A stretch of 64,000 nucleotides of DNA from an uncultured Bacteroidales bacterium (GTDB lineage: Bacteria > Bacteroidota > Bacteroidia > Bacteroidales > UBA4417): NCBI GenBank assembly GCA_903913645.1, contig CAIWMA010000009.1, positions 319 to 64,318 on the forward strand, read 5' to 3'. Shown here piece after piece: positions 40,137 through 49,691 of this stretch; within the stretch, counting starts at the first letter, position 1, and each line of letters begins with the position of its first letter. A program made the position numbers and the translations under genes. The notes beneath the pieces are model-generated. The model was given only the letters and a program-made list of their open reading frames with translations. It was not told where the DNA came from and made no database searches.

Positions 40137-41393
40137 TTACTGTCTCCACATCTGAACATTTTGATACCATACTGATTTATAATAATCATAACGGGCCAAA
40201 ACATAATCATTTTCTGTAAATGGGTTTTTCGCTTTATCAAAATAGAATCTCAATGCCCTTGGATCGTCATATTCGCCATAGATCCACACTTCCTGAGAAA
40301 AACTCCGGTAAACTCTGGATGGTTTACCTATTATGATAAAAATCATTCCCCGGTCTGTTTTCCATCCATCAGTAAATGAAGTATAAAGTTTATTCGCAGT
40401 CTCGACCCGCTGGTAGTATTTCCGGATAAGTTCCGTTGCAATATCCGGTCGGCCTGCATTTGCAATCCAGAAACTGTCAACAGCTACCTTGGGTATTGGA
40501 CAGGTGTATAATTGCTGAAACTCTTTTGCAGAAGTAATGTACCTCAGCGCATCGCGCATCAGTGAATGCTGTGTAACTTTCGGAAAACCACTGTTCATTC
40601 GAAACAGCGATGGCCCTATGGTTAAGGTCGTATCTGACTGAAAGAAATAAAACCCGGTTTGGCCCGGCACAAAATAAGCAGATTTCCCGTTTTTAAGTTC
40701 CAGTCTAAAAGTGCTGTCGGGCGAATAATTGAAAGGCGCCCGGGACTGCTCCACAAATGGAGGAATAGGCACAGGAAAATTCCGTGAATATAGCTTTACT
40801 AAAAATGTTTTTGTAGTTGAATCTTCGGTAACCAGGCGCAAGGGTTGCGAGTATGCTGTGATATTGCCTGACAAAAAATCACCCGATTCATATTGAAAAC
40901 GATACCAGGATTGACTGAAATGATTCTTTTTATTAAAATATTCAAGCAACAGAAAATCATCTGGAATTCCGGGAACTGAGTAAGTGGCTTTTATAAAATA
41001 TCCTTTCCCGGAAGGAGCATTGAAAGTCCAGTTATGGCTTAGGAAATTCCGGTTATCCGAAGTATCTGCAATGGCGAAAGTTGCACTATCAACAAGTAAA
41101 ATTTGTTTACCTTCCCCTATAACCTCATAGGTTAGTTTTCCTTTTTTAGTATATTTTTTGGTGTCAGGATCAGGATGTATAAGTCCGGTGGGTAAAACAA
41201 TACTTATTGTTGAAACACTATCGTTTAAATTATACAGTTGATTAATTTGCAGCGCATTATCCTTCTGCCTTGCGTAGATACTGCTGATATCCATCCCTGT
41301 AATGTTGAGTGCTGGGTTGCAACCCCACAATAAAACCAGTGAAGATGAAATCAGGAGAAATTTGCAAAAAGCTCTGGTGCTGGGAAAAGACAA
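40137..41393 (-). CDS. GWxTD domain-containing protein
   Basis: 418 aa with a signal/lipoprotein-like N-terminus (LLWGC). The eponymous motif is GWKTDRGMIFIIIGKP near the C-terminus. Confidence 0.8.
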   Translation of the reverse strand: MSFPSTRAFCKFLLISSSLVLLWGCNPALNITGMDISSIYARQKDNALQINQLYNLNDSVSTISIVLPTGLIHPDPDTKKYTKKGKLTYEVIGEGKQILLVDSATFAIADTSDNRNFLSHNWTFNAPSGKGYFIKATYSVPGIPDDFLLLEYFNKKNHFSQSWYRFQYESGDFLSGNITAYSQPLRLVTEDSTTKTFLVKLYSRNFPVPIPPFVEQSRAPFNYSPDSTFRLELKNGKSAYFVPGQTGFYFFQSDTTLTIGPSLFRMNSGFPKVTQHSLMRDALRYITSAKEFQQLYTCPIPKVAVDSFWIANAGRPDIATELIRKYYQRVETANKLYTSFTDGWKTDRGMIFIIIGKPSRVYRSFSQEVWIYGEYDDPRALRFYFDKAKNPFTENDYVLARYDYYKSVWYQNVQMWRQ

Positions 41394-41483
41394 AATTACA
41401 GGGTTTGATTCGGGATAAAATTACAAAAAAAAGAGGCCGGAAAATTCCGGCCCCGAAATACATTACATTTGCAATCAAACGAA

Positions 41484-42470
41484 TTATTTAATCCTTATTT
41501 TAGTTCCGAGCTGAAGCTTTTTTGATGGTTTAATTCCATTGATTGAGCATATTTGTTTCACCGTTATCCCGTATTTCCGGGATAAAGCGCTAAGTGTGTC
41601 ACCATTTTTGATGGTATGATATTTTTTTGATTTCGATGATTTTGACGATTTTCCCTTTGACTTTGAATTAACAGTACCCTTATCTTCGCTTACATTACTA
41701 TTATCATCAACAAGGTTTACAGACGCAAGACTCGGAACATAATCGCGGGAGAGCCCATAGGTTGATCTGGTCACAGTAAAAGTATCAGAAATCAAGCTAT
41801 ATGTATTAAAATCAATTAATTGCTTTGGATTGAAAGCCTTACCCTGGAAACGAGTTTCAAAATGCAGATGATTACAGGTTGCATGGCCTGTGTGTCCACC
41901 CAAACCTATTATGTCTCCCGCTGTAACCTGCTGATTTACTTTCACTTTAATTTTGGACAGATGTCCATATAAGGTTTCAAGTCCATTGTAATGCCTCACA
42001 ACCACACAATTCCCATATCCGGCATATTTACGAGCCATTCGTACAACACCATCAAAAGCAACACGTACAGGGTCGCCCAGATCCAGTTTTATATCAACAC
42101 CAGCATGTACTCTGCGACCGCGTGAACCGAATGGAGATAAGAACGTTCCTTCAACAGGCATTACAAACCCCGTAGAATAATCATTAAAAAGCGGAAGGTT
42201 TATTGGATCACCTGTAGTTGGTGCTATTTCAGAATAACGGCGAACACATAAAGTGTCCCAGCTTGCATAATATTTATTTACCGAAGGAATATCGAGAATA
42301 GAAGGTATTGGAGAATTTGAAGCAGGAAGCATGATTTCTGATGCCTCGAGTTCATTTTCATCCATTCCACCTGCTGGCTCGCTGACAAGCTGCTGTGCAA
42401 CTGCCATACTCCCGCAAATGCTGAATACCAATGATATAAATAAGGTTATTGTTTTATTTTGTAATCCCAT
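41484..42470 (-). CDS. M23 family metallopeptidase with C-terminal LysM domain
   Basis: 328 aa with a signal peptide. M23 motifs HAGVDI and GHTGHATCNHLHFE. LysM segment YHTIKNGDTLSALSRKYGITVKQICSINGI. Confidence 0.88.
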   Translation of the reverse strand: MGLQNKTITLFISLVFSICGSMAVAQQLVSEPAGGMDENELEASEIMLPASNSPIPSILDIPSVNKYYASWDTLCVRRYSEIAPTTGDPINLPLFNDYSTGFVMPVEGTFLSPFGSRGRRVHAGVDIKLDLGDPVRVAFDGVVRMARKYAGYGNCVVVRHYNGLETLYGHLSKIKVKVNQQVTAGDIIGLGGHTGHATCNHLHFETRFQGKAFNPKQLIDFNTYSLISDTFTVTRSTYGLSRDYVPSLASVNLVDDNSNVSEDKGTVNSKSKGKSSKSSKSKKYHTIKNGDTLSALSRKYGITVKQICSINGIKPSKKLQLGTKIRIK

Positions 42471-42567
42471 TAAGCTATTTTTAATTCAGAAAAAAATCTG
42501 ATCAATGAAAAAAATCGTTGACTGAGTTTTCAAAAGTAGACTAAACAAAATTAATATGAAAGGAATT

Positions 42568-43575
42568 TTATACTTTTTTAAGAAAATAATTGCCACACGC
42601 CCTGCATCTGCCTTCCTCATCGAGACCACCTGTTATAACGGAGTATGAGTTCCTGGTAATCAGCAAATTATTGCATTTAATACAATGCGTTTCGCTTACT
42701 TCGGTATAAATATTCCCTGTATACACAAAATCCATCTCTTTCTCTGCCATTCGTTTAAGTTTACGAATAGAAGATATTGAAGTTGCCTCAGTTTTTAAAT
42801 TATAATTAGGATAATACCTCGAAATATGAAAAACGGTTTCTTTTCCCAACATATTTGCAATCCAGCTTACCATCCCCGAAAATGAAGCCTCGTCATCGTT
42901 CAGTTCAGGAATTACAAGGTTAACAACTTCCAGGTGTTTGCCTGCCTGGTTGATTTGTTTCAGCGTTTCCTTTACAGGTTCAAGTTTCGAAGAGGTTACC
43001 TTTGTATAAAACTCCTCACTAAATGCTTTCAGATCAACGCTGAAAGCATCTATATATTCAAGCAGGGCATCGAGTGGTTCTTTATTGACAAACCCGTTTG
43101 TAACCATCACAGTTTTTAGTCCCGCATCTTTCGCCAGCCGTGCAATATCATACATATACTCGAACCAAACTACAGGTTCGTTATACGTAAAGGCAATTCC
43201 AATATTTTCAGGCCTTTTTAACGCTATCTGAACAATTTGTTCAGGAGTATAAAATGAACGTGGCAATTCTGGCTTTACAGCGGTTTGCGAAATAGTGCAG
43301 TTCTGGCAAAAGAAACATCTCAGGTTGCATCCATAGGTACCCAACGATAAAATAGTGGATCCGGGAAAAAAATGGTATAAAGGTTTCTTTTCGATGGGAT
43401 CGAAATGAATCGAAGAGACAAAACCATAAACTTCGGTAGCTAACTTGCCGCCCTGATTCATCCTGACTCTGCAGATTCCGGATTTCCCTTCTTTAAGAAT
43501 ACAGATATGAGGACAGAGCGTACATTGAACTGTTTCGCTACTCAGAGGAAGATACCATTGGGCTTCAGTGCTCAT
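42568..43575 (-). CDS. amrS: AmmeMemoRadiSam system radical SAM enzyme
   Basis: 335 aa. CNLRCFFCQN (CxxxCxxC) cluster, N-terminal Cys-rich region (CTLCPHIC) and C-terminal CIKCN...CRACG, as in this family. Confidence 0.8.
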   Translation of the reverse strand: MSTEAQWYLPLSSETVQCTLCPHICILKEGKSGICRVRMNQGGKLATEVYGFVSSIHFDPIEKKPLYHFFPGSTILSLGTYGCNLRCFFCQNCTISQTAVKPELPRSFYTPEQIVQIALKRPENIGIAFTYNEPVVWFEYMYDIARLAKDAGLKTVMVTNGFVNKEPLDALLEYIDAFSVDLKAFSEEFYTKVTSSKLEPVKETLKQINQAGKHLEVVNLVIPELNDDEASFSGMVSWIANMLGKETVFHISRYYPNYNLKTEATSISSIRKLKRMAEKEMDFVYTGNIYTEVSETHCIKCNNLLITRNSYSVITGGLDEEGRCRACGNYFLKKV

Positions 43576-43586
43576 TTAAGGGATTA

Positions 43587-43651
43587 GAGTTTTCAGGTTT
43601 TAGTGTTTCAGGTTTCAGAGTTTCAGAGTTTCAAGGTTCAGGGTTTCAGGG
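43587..43651. repeat. imperfect 7-8-nt tandem repeat (GGTTTCAG)n
   Basis: gagttttcaggttttagtgtttcaggtttcagagtttcagagtttcaaggttcagggtttcaggg gives about 8 units in the ung / radical-SAM spacer. Confidence 0.8.
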
Positions 43652-43738
43652 CTAAAAAATCATAGTTCATAAATCAAAAATTCTTCCACTGAATCCTTAA
43701 ATCCTAACCCCAAAATCCTTTTTAGCATTAAATTTAAT

Positions 43739-44422
43739 CTAAGTCAAACTCCAGTCAATCGGTTCTTTCCCGGCAGTAACAAGTAATTCGTTGGTTTTAG
43801 AGAAATGGCGGCATCCGAAAAACCCGCGATAAACTGATAGAGGTGACGGATGCACTGCTTTAAGAATAAAATGCTTCGAAGGATCAATCAAAGCACCTTT
43901 TGCCTGGGCATAACTTCCCCAAAGGATGAAAACCAAACCGGAACGCCGGTCCGAAAGTTGCCGGATCACTTCATCCGTAAAAATTTCCCAGCCATGACGC
44001 TGATGCGATCCAACCTGGTTGGCGCGTACCGTAAGCGTTGCATTTACTAAAAGGACTCCTTGCTTAGCCCATTTTTCAAGATTACCTGATTCAGGAATTG
44101 CAATACCAAGATCCGTTGACAGTTCCTTATAAATATTTACGAGCGATGGCGGCAATGCAATTCCTTCAGGAACCGAAAAACATAGCCCATGTGCTTGTCC
44201 ATCACCATGATATGGGTCCTGCCCTAGTATCACCACCTTCACTTTACTGAAAGGAGTATTATCGAAAGCAGCAAAAATCCGGTTACCGGGAGGATAAATC
44301 CGGTAAAGCTTCTTTTCTTCTACCAGAAATGATTTCAATTCTTCGAAGTAAGGCTTCTCAAATTCAAGCTGCAATACTTGCAACCATTCTGATTCAATTT
44401 TTGGTTTGGTTTTCTCCATCAA
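43739..44422 (-). CDS. ung: uracil-DNA glycosylase (family 1)
   Basis: 227 aa. Motifs VVILGQDPYH, NATLTVRA and HPSPLS. Confidence 0.92.
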   Translation of the reverse strand: MMEKTKPKIESEWLQVLQLEFEKPYFEELKSFLVEEKKLYRIYPPGNRIFAAFDNTPFSKVKVVILGQDPYHGDGQAHGLCFSVPEGIALPPSLVNIYKELSTDLGIAIPESGNLEKWAKQGVLLVNATLTVRANQVGSHQRHGWEIFTDEVIRQLSDRRSGLVFILWGSYAQAKGALIDPSKHFILKAVHPSPLSVYRGFFGCRHFSKTNELLVTAGKEPIDWSLT

Positions 44423-44617
44423 AGCACTTCAAATTTATGGGATGAAATTACATAAAAACAGGCTATGCTAGCAGGAAATAATTAAGAAGATATTTTGTGC
44501 TTTTTAAAATAAGCATACACAATCATTCATAATATTGTAACTTTACTCTTATTAAAATTTCCGTTTTTAATACGTTCAACACAACTGATTGCATTAATTG
44601 ATATAATCTCCTGAACG

Positions 44618-45256
44618 ATGCAAAAGCAGATGTTCTTTTCACTTTCGATGGCGGCACTATTTCTGTTTGCTTGCCAGCCTCCTGTTGTTTTCAACACACC
44701 CCAGCCCGAAGATGTAGCCGCAATTGGCGGATTCCCTAAACGAATACAGGGTGAATATATTAGTTCGGCAGACAGCTCTTTACTTCAAATCACAGCCAGT
44801 TCGATAGTAAGAACCTATGATTTTTACCAAAAGATCCATATATCACAACTTGATAGTAATCAGCAAATTATCGGCGATACATTATTTGATTTGAAAACTA
44901 ATATGGGGCAACTTATTCAGATAGAAGGAGATTCAATTGTTACTCATGAACATGAGATTGATACCTTATTTGCTATTGATAAACAGAACATGCTCAAGAA
45001 GTTTAAAGGATATTACTTCCTGAACACTTGTTTTTCTGAAAATAGCTGGGAGGTGAAGAAACTTGGATTATCAAAAGGTTCTCTTATTCTCGGCCGCATA
45101 AACAAGACAGAAGACCTGGACGAACTTCGGGTATTGACTGAAAGTTCGCAAGACTCAACGCCGTATGCTTTTTCCCCTAAACGGAAAGAATTCAAAAAGT
45201 TTATCAAAAATGATGGTTTCAGAAACAATGATGAGTTTTTGAAAATCAGGAAATAG
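44618..45256 (+). CDS. hypothetical lipoprotein
   Basis: 212 aa. Signal with lipobox LFAC. I recognise no family. Confidence 0.6.
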   Translation: MQKQMFFSLSMAALFLFACQPPVVFNTPQPEDVAAIGGFPKRIQGEYISSADSSLLQITASSIVRTYDFYQKIHISQLDSNQQIIGDTLFDLKTNMGQLIQIEGDSIVTHEHEIDTLFAIDKQNMLKKFKGYYFLNTCFSENSWEVKKLGLSKGSLILGRINKTEDLDELRVLTESSQDSTPYAFSPKRKEFKKFIKNDGFRNNDEFLKIRK

Positions 45257-45346
45257 GCTAAAGGTTAAAAGCTAATGATTTTCCAGGAACAAGTCTGAAT
45301 ATAAAGTTCGCCATGTCTCCTCTCACGATGTCGCCCCTCTCATATT

Positions 45347-46582
45347 TTATTTCTTTTTCCTTTTCTTCCTGTTCTTTTCTTCTTCCTCAGCCTCGCGTAG
45401 CAAAGTCTTCCAATCTGATTTGGTTTCGGCCGTAAAAGCGAGGGTTTCTTTATAATCCTGGTTTTTAATTTCCATTACTTCAACCGGTTTCCCGATATAT
45501 TCTTCAATCTCTTCGAGTAATGGTCGTTCGTCATTGCTGCAGAATGAAATAGCAATCCCTTTTTTATCAGCCCTTCCAGTACGGCCAACGCGATGAACAT
45601 AATTCTCCGGTTGCTCCGGAAGATCATAGTTCACCACAAAATCCACATTGGGAATGTCAATACCTCGGGCACTTACATCGGTGGCAATCAGTATTTTAAA
45701 TTCGCCGGACTTGAATCTTTTCATTACTAAGAGCCTGTCGGACTGTTCCTTATCGCCATGTATGGTTTCGCATTTGATATTCAGCTTTTCCATTGCCAGG
45801 CTAACGCGTTCGGCACGCACTTTTGTGCGGACGAATACCACTATTTTGCTTTCCGGATTTTCGTTCACCAGGCGTTCAAGGAAAAACCGCTTGTCGTCCA
45901 TTTCGATAAACGCTACACAATGATCGATATTACGCGCCACAGGATCTTTAGGCGAAATCTGGATACGTATCGGGTTGGTTACCAGCGAATATGCTACCTT
46001 TTTTATATATGGATTAATAGTTGCTGAGAAAAACAGTGTTTGCCTCTTGCGCGGCAGTTTTTTTACAAGTTGCTGGATATCATTTATAAAACCCAGATCG
46101 AGCATATGGTCTGCCTCGTCGAGGATAAGGATTTCGATTTGATCCAGGTTAAGATGTCCCTGGCTTACGAGGTCGAACATGCGGCCTGGCGTAGACACAA
46201 CAATATCGACTCCCTGTTCCAGCCGGGCAATCTGGGGATCTTGTTCAACGCCGCCCATAAGACAGAAAACTTTTACCCGTGTATGTTGCGATATTGCCTG
46301 AAATACTTCGGTGATTTGTAAAGCCAGTTCACGTGTTGGAACCATGACAATACATTTTATGCCGGTACTGCGACTCGAAAATTTATTCTCGTGCAGCATA
46401 TTTATAACCGGTATGGCGAAAGCAGCAGTCTTGCCAGTACCGGTTTGCGCAATGGCAAGAACGTCATCTCCATGCATAATCGGCCCTATACTCTTGTACT
46501 GAATATCCGTCGGACGCCGGAATCCCGATTCTTCAATACTTCGTTTTATTTCCGGGGCAAGATTGTACTGTTCAAATTTCAT
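45347..46582 (-). CDS. DEAD-box ATP-dependent RNA helicase with basic C-terminal tail
   Basis: 411 aa. Motifs AQTGTGKTAAF, DEAD, SAT, HRVGRTGRA, and a Lys/Arg/Glu-rich tail (EEEEKNRKKRKKK). Confidence 0.9.
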   Translation of the reverse strand: MKFEQYNLAPEIKRSIEESGFRRPTDIQYKSIGPIMHGDDVLAIAQTGTGKTAAFAIPVINMLHENKFSSRSTGIKCIVMVPTRELALQITEVFQAISQHTRVKVFCLMGGVEQDPQIARLEQGVDIVVSTPGRMFDLVSQGHLNLDQIEILILDEADHMLDLGFINDIQQLVKKLPRKRQTLFFSATINPYIKKVAYSLVTNPIRIQISPKDPVARNIDHCVAFIEMDDKRFFLERLVNENPESKIVVFVRTKVRAERVSLAMEKLNIKCETIHGDKEQSDRLLVMKRFKSGEFKILIATDVSARGIDIPNVDFVVNYDLPEQPENYVHRVGRTGRADKKGIAISFCSNDERPLLEEIEEYIGKPVEVMEIKNQDYKETLAFTAETKSDWKTLLREAEEEEKNRKKRKKK

Positions 46583-46752
46583 AAGGCAGGCTTAAAGGCA
46601 GCAAAGATACGGAGGGAAAGTGAGTTATTAAGGTTTTATTGAAAAAGGGGATTAGCATCTGTAATAATTCAGCCATTATACAACCGGATTTAAATAAAAA
46701 AGGAAAACCAGGTAATTGGAAGAAAGCATAATGAGGGAAAAGTAATCAAAAT

Positions 46753-46784
46753 TTGAGGCTGCCTGGTAAACCAGGCAGCCTCAA
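46753..46784 (-). terminator. strong hairpin terminator downstream of the detached T9SS CTD
   Basis: 14-bp perfect stem: ttgaggctgcctgg (46753-46766) pairs with ccaggcagcctcaa (46771-46784) around loop taaa. On the minus strand it is followed by ATTTTGATT. Confidence 0.7.
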
Positions 46785-46811
46785 AACAGGTAAATGGAAT
46801 GTGTGTTTTAT

Positions 46812-47030
46812 CTATTGTTTCACCACTTTAATAATTTCAGAATTATCTCCCTGCATAACTTTAATAAAATAGACTCCGGGCTGCAATTCATCTCCAAAAT
46901 TTAAAGGCAAATCTTTAGAAGCATTTAATTTCAGAACCTGTCTGCCAGTTATATCTGAAACAATTAAATTTATTATTTCAGATGAAGCAGATTCAACCTG
47001 CAGGTTGAAATTTTGTGTACTTGGGTTTGG
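46812..47030 (-). pseudogene. detached T9SS type A C-terminal sorting domain (72 codons, no start codon), in frame with the upstream 711-aa ORF
   Basis: My translation of the minus strand directly after the TAG at 47031-47033 is PNPSTQNFNLQVESASSEIINLIVSDITGRQVLKLNASKDLPLNFGDELQPGVYFIKVMQGDNSEIIKVVKQ*. It has no internal stops and matches the canonical Por secretion tail pattern. Confidence 0.8.
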
Positions 47031-49166
47031 CTAGGCATTTACACTAAATTGTTTACTTTCAAGGATTTCACCGACATTTAACGTCTTGATGCATGATGAA
47101 CCATAATGGGTCGGATTCACAATTTCTATTGAGCAGTCATGGTTTGCATAGTCATTTCTATCATTATGTCCGCCTTTATTATTATGAGGGATTTTCACAA
47201 TAACTTGTTGTGATGAAGTATTAAATGCAGCATCTGCACAAGTAATGGTTATCGTATATATCCGTCCTTTCCCTTGCCCTTCTCTTTCTGCGTTCAGAAG
47301 TACATGATGATCATCCAGGATCACCCAATCGGAGCCCTTAACACAATTCCCGTGTCCATAATTTGGCTCATTGCTGCTTACAACAAGTCCACAGCCTGTT
47401 ACTCCGCAATTATCCTTAGAGGTATAATCAATCGTTAGACAAATCATCTTATGGTTTGGTGGCCAGGTTGATTTAATATGCGTATCTACATCGGTAATAA
47501 TCGGTGGTTCTGAATCATTTACAACTACATCAAAACTACATGTAGCTATGGCACCAGATTCGTTCGTCAATATAAACGTATTGGTGGTTGTCCCAATCGG
47601 GAAAAGTTCATCGCTTACAAGTCCGGCAGTCTGAACAATTGTTAAACCTGCACCTCCGCAATTATATTCAGCAATTACTTCAGGATAATTTACATATGCG
47701 CCACAAACACCAGGGGTATTAACTGTATAAATATTATCAGGACATCTGATACCGGGCACAGGGCAATTTGTTGCTACAAAATTATACCTGCCGGTCATCA
47801 TATCAAATGTCACATTATAGGTTCCGGCAGGAACAGGAATATTCGGCCCGTTAAAATATAACCAGCCCGACGGGAAGGTTTCATCGCCAAAATTTTCATC
47901 CCAGCTATGGTCAGTCCTGAATTTTGCATAGCCATTAATAAAGGTATATTCCGTTAACGTATACAATGAACCACTTGTAGTTTGCATATCAACATCAGTA
48001 TCCCAGCCGAGCAATGCATCTCCAATAATTCCAACCACAGGATAAGTAAAACTGTATTCACCGGTTTCTACATTAAAGGTTACATCATAAACACCGGCAG
48101 TAACTGGAATATCAGGACCATCCTGAATAGCGGCACCTGTTGGGAAAGTATTATCCGCCCACTTCAAAACATTGTTGTCATCCTGCCTGAATCTGGCTAC
48201 CCCATCCGTAAAAAGATAATGTTTTAAAGTATAGATTTTTCGATCCCTGGTTAACATGTTAACATCAGGTTCAGCCTCAAAGTTTGGAGGAACAGCACTT
48301 CCTATAATTCCAATTTCAGGTGCACAACTTCCTACATTTACAAAGGAGTACTCTCCGGTTAGCCTGTTAAAAGTAATATCGTAGTTGCAAAATTTAGGTA
48401 CAGGAATATTCCAACCATCCTGAATTCCAATACCTGAAGGAAAGTCTAAACTCCCCCAATTTATACACCAATTATGATCTTGTCTGAATTTTACATATCC
48501 CGGCATTAATGGATAATTTGACAATGTATAAATTATCCCATCTGTTGTCAGCATATCAACATCAGTATCCCATCCTCCGCTCAATGAAGTGCCGACAATG
48601 CCTATAGAAAATGTTGTGGCGGGACCCAAGTCTGTCAGAATGATATCATCAAAATACATACTTGTATTTATGCCGCCTAACTCAAAACTTATTTTGTGTA
48701 AAGGGAATACACAATCAGCATTAAAATCGAAGCTTAAGGTTTGCCAGTTGGTTGTTGCATTTTGGATATACCTGTCATATCTAAGTAAATCAGTCCAGTT
48801 TCCCCAGTATTCACCAAGGAACACCCCGAAAGTGCGATCAGCATCTGCCATCACCCTGAAAGAAAGATTGTAAGCATGACCAGGTATTAAGGGGAAACCA
48901 ATTTGCTCGAGTTGAATTTCAGCTGGAGTAGTGCCTGCATTAATTACCTGATAGATGCAAACACCACCAACCACAGTAGCATTTGCTTCGGTGCCTAAAT
49001 TCTTAAAGGAATTCCATGTGTTTAATGGGGGAGCTTCACAACAATACGGAAAAATCGAGGTTGTTGTATCAAAACTACCATCAATCAGAACATTTTGGGC
49101 CTGACTCGTCTGGGCAGAGAGGAACAAGAATCCCAAAATTAAAGAAGTAAAGATTTTTGTTTTCAT
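47031..49166 (-). CDS. secreted carbohydrate-binding-type protein (CBM-like N-domain, 3 SusE/SusF-like repeats, HYR-like domain), truncated before its T9SS CTD
   Basis: 711 aa with a signal peptide. It has three ~95-aa repeats (GI(V/I)G....W(D/N)TDVDM...YTL..Y.....G...FR.D..W..N(W/F)G...FP.G......NIPVP.G.Y.VTF....G.Y.F). A Cys-rich HYR-like segment follows. The ORF ends at TAG immediately before an in-frame CTD. Confidence 0.8.
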   Translation of the reverse strand: MKTKIFTSLILGFLFLSAQTSQAQNVLIDGSFDTTTSIFPYCCEAPPLNTWNSFKNLGTEANATVVGGVCIYQVINAGTTPAEIQLEQIGFPLIPGHAYNLSFRVMADADRTFGVFLGEYWGNWTDLLRYDRYIQNATTNWQTLSFDFNADCVFPLHKISFELGGINTSMYFDDIILTDLGPATTFSIGIVGTSLSGGWDTDVDMLTTDGIIYTLSNYPLMPGYVKFRQDHNWCINWGSLDFPSGIGIQDGWNIPVPKFCNYDITFNRLTGEYSFVNVGSCAPEIGIIGSAVPPNFEAEPDVNMLTRDRKIYTLKHYLFTDGVARFRQDDNNVLKWADNTFPTGAAIQDGPDIPVTAGVYDVTFNVETGEYSFTYPVVGIIGDALLGWDTDVDMQTTSGSLYTLTEYTFINGYAKFRTDHSWDENFGDETFPSGWLYFNGPNIPVPAGTYNVTFDMMTGRYNFVATNCPVPGIRCPDNIYTVNTPGVCGAYVNYPEVIAEYNCGGAGLTIVQTAGLVSDELFPIGTTTNTFILTNESGAIATCSFDVVVNDSEPPIITDVDTHIKSTWPPNHKMICLTIDYTSKDNCGVTGCGLVVSSNEPNYGHGNCVKGSDWVILDDHHVLLNAEREGQGKGRIYTITITCADAAFNTSSQQVIVKIPHNNKGGHNDRNDYANHDCSIEIVNPTHYGSSCIKTLNVGEILESKQFSVNA

Positions 49167-49691
49167 AAAACAATTTAAGTTTTAGGTTAAAAATAAGTAC
49201 AGTTATTGAATAGGAAGTTATGTCTAAGTTTGTTCCAGATATTTTATAGTTGATATACTTTGCCTGCGTGATTTGACTTTCAAATGACAACTTTTAGCTT
49301 TCGCGTAATTTCTATTAACCGCAATCCCTCAATGCATAGCTGGTTTAACTTTTATAACTTAAATACGAAAACTAAAAATGAGATTTATACGAGGAATTGA
49401 GATTTGGTTCTGCAATAATTAGTTGTAAATGAGAATAATTTTAGATATATAAATGTAATAATAGATTTTTTTGTATCTTTATGAACCACATACGAATAGA
49501 GTTGAATTTAGAAATTTATTCCCCGGGCACGGGAGGTTGCAGAACGGAAAAATATTGATATTTATCATTTAGTCCTTTGAATCCAGAACAGATAACATGC
49601 TGAGTCCAGCCCAACTCCAGCTCCTTGTTTCACTTATAATTTTCTTCATGTTATCTTGCGGTTGAACAGTGATTTTCAAATAACTGTATAT

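Noticed and set aside
46812-47033. TAG readthrough by an alternative genetic code or pyrrolysine as the explanation for the split cargo/CTD
   Set aside because: TAG is used as an ordinary stop elsewhere in the window, for example at the porU-1 stop (6586-6588) and at the end of the CTD frame itself. No pyl genes are visible. A Tyr (TAY) to TAG point change, or a sequencing error, is simpler.
49167-49655. Spacer between the truncated cargo gene and crp as a regulatory switch or mobile remnant
   Set aside because: It has no repeats, no Crp-like TGTGA-N6-TCACA site and no ORF with features. The 49569-49862 and 49081-49290 ORFs look spurious.
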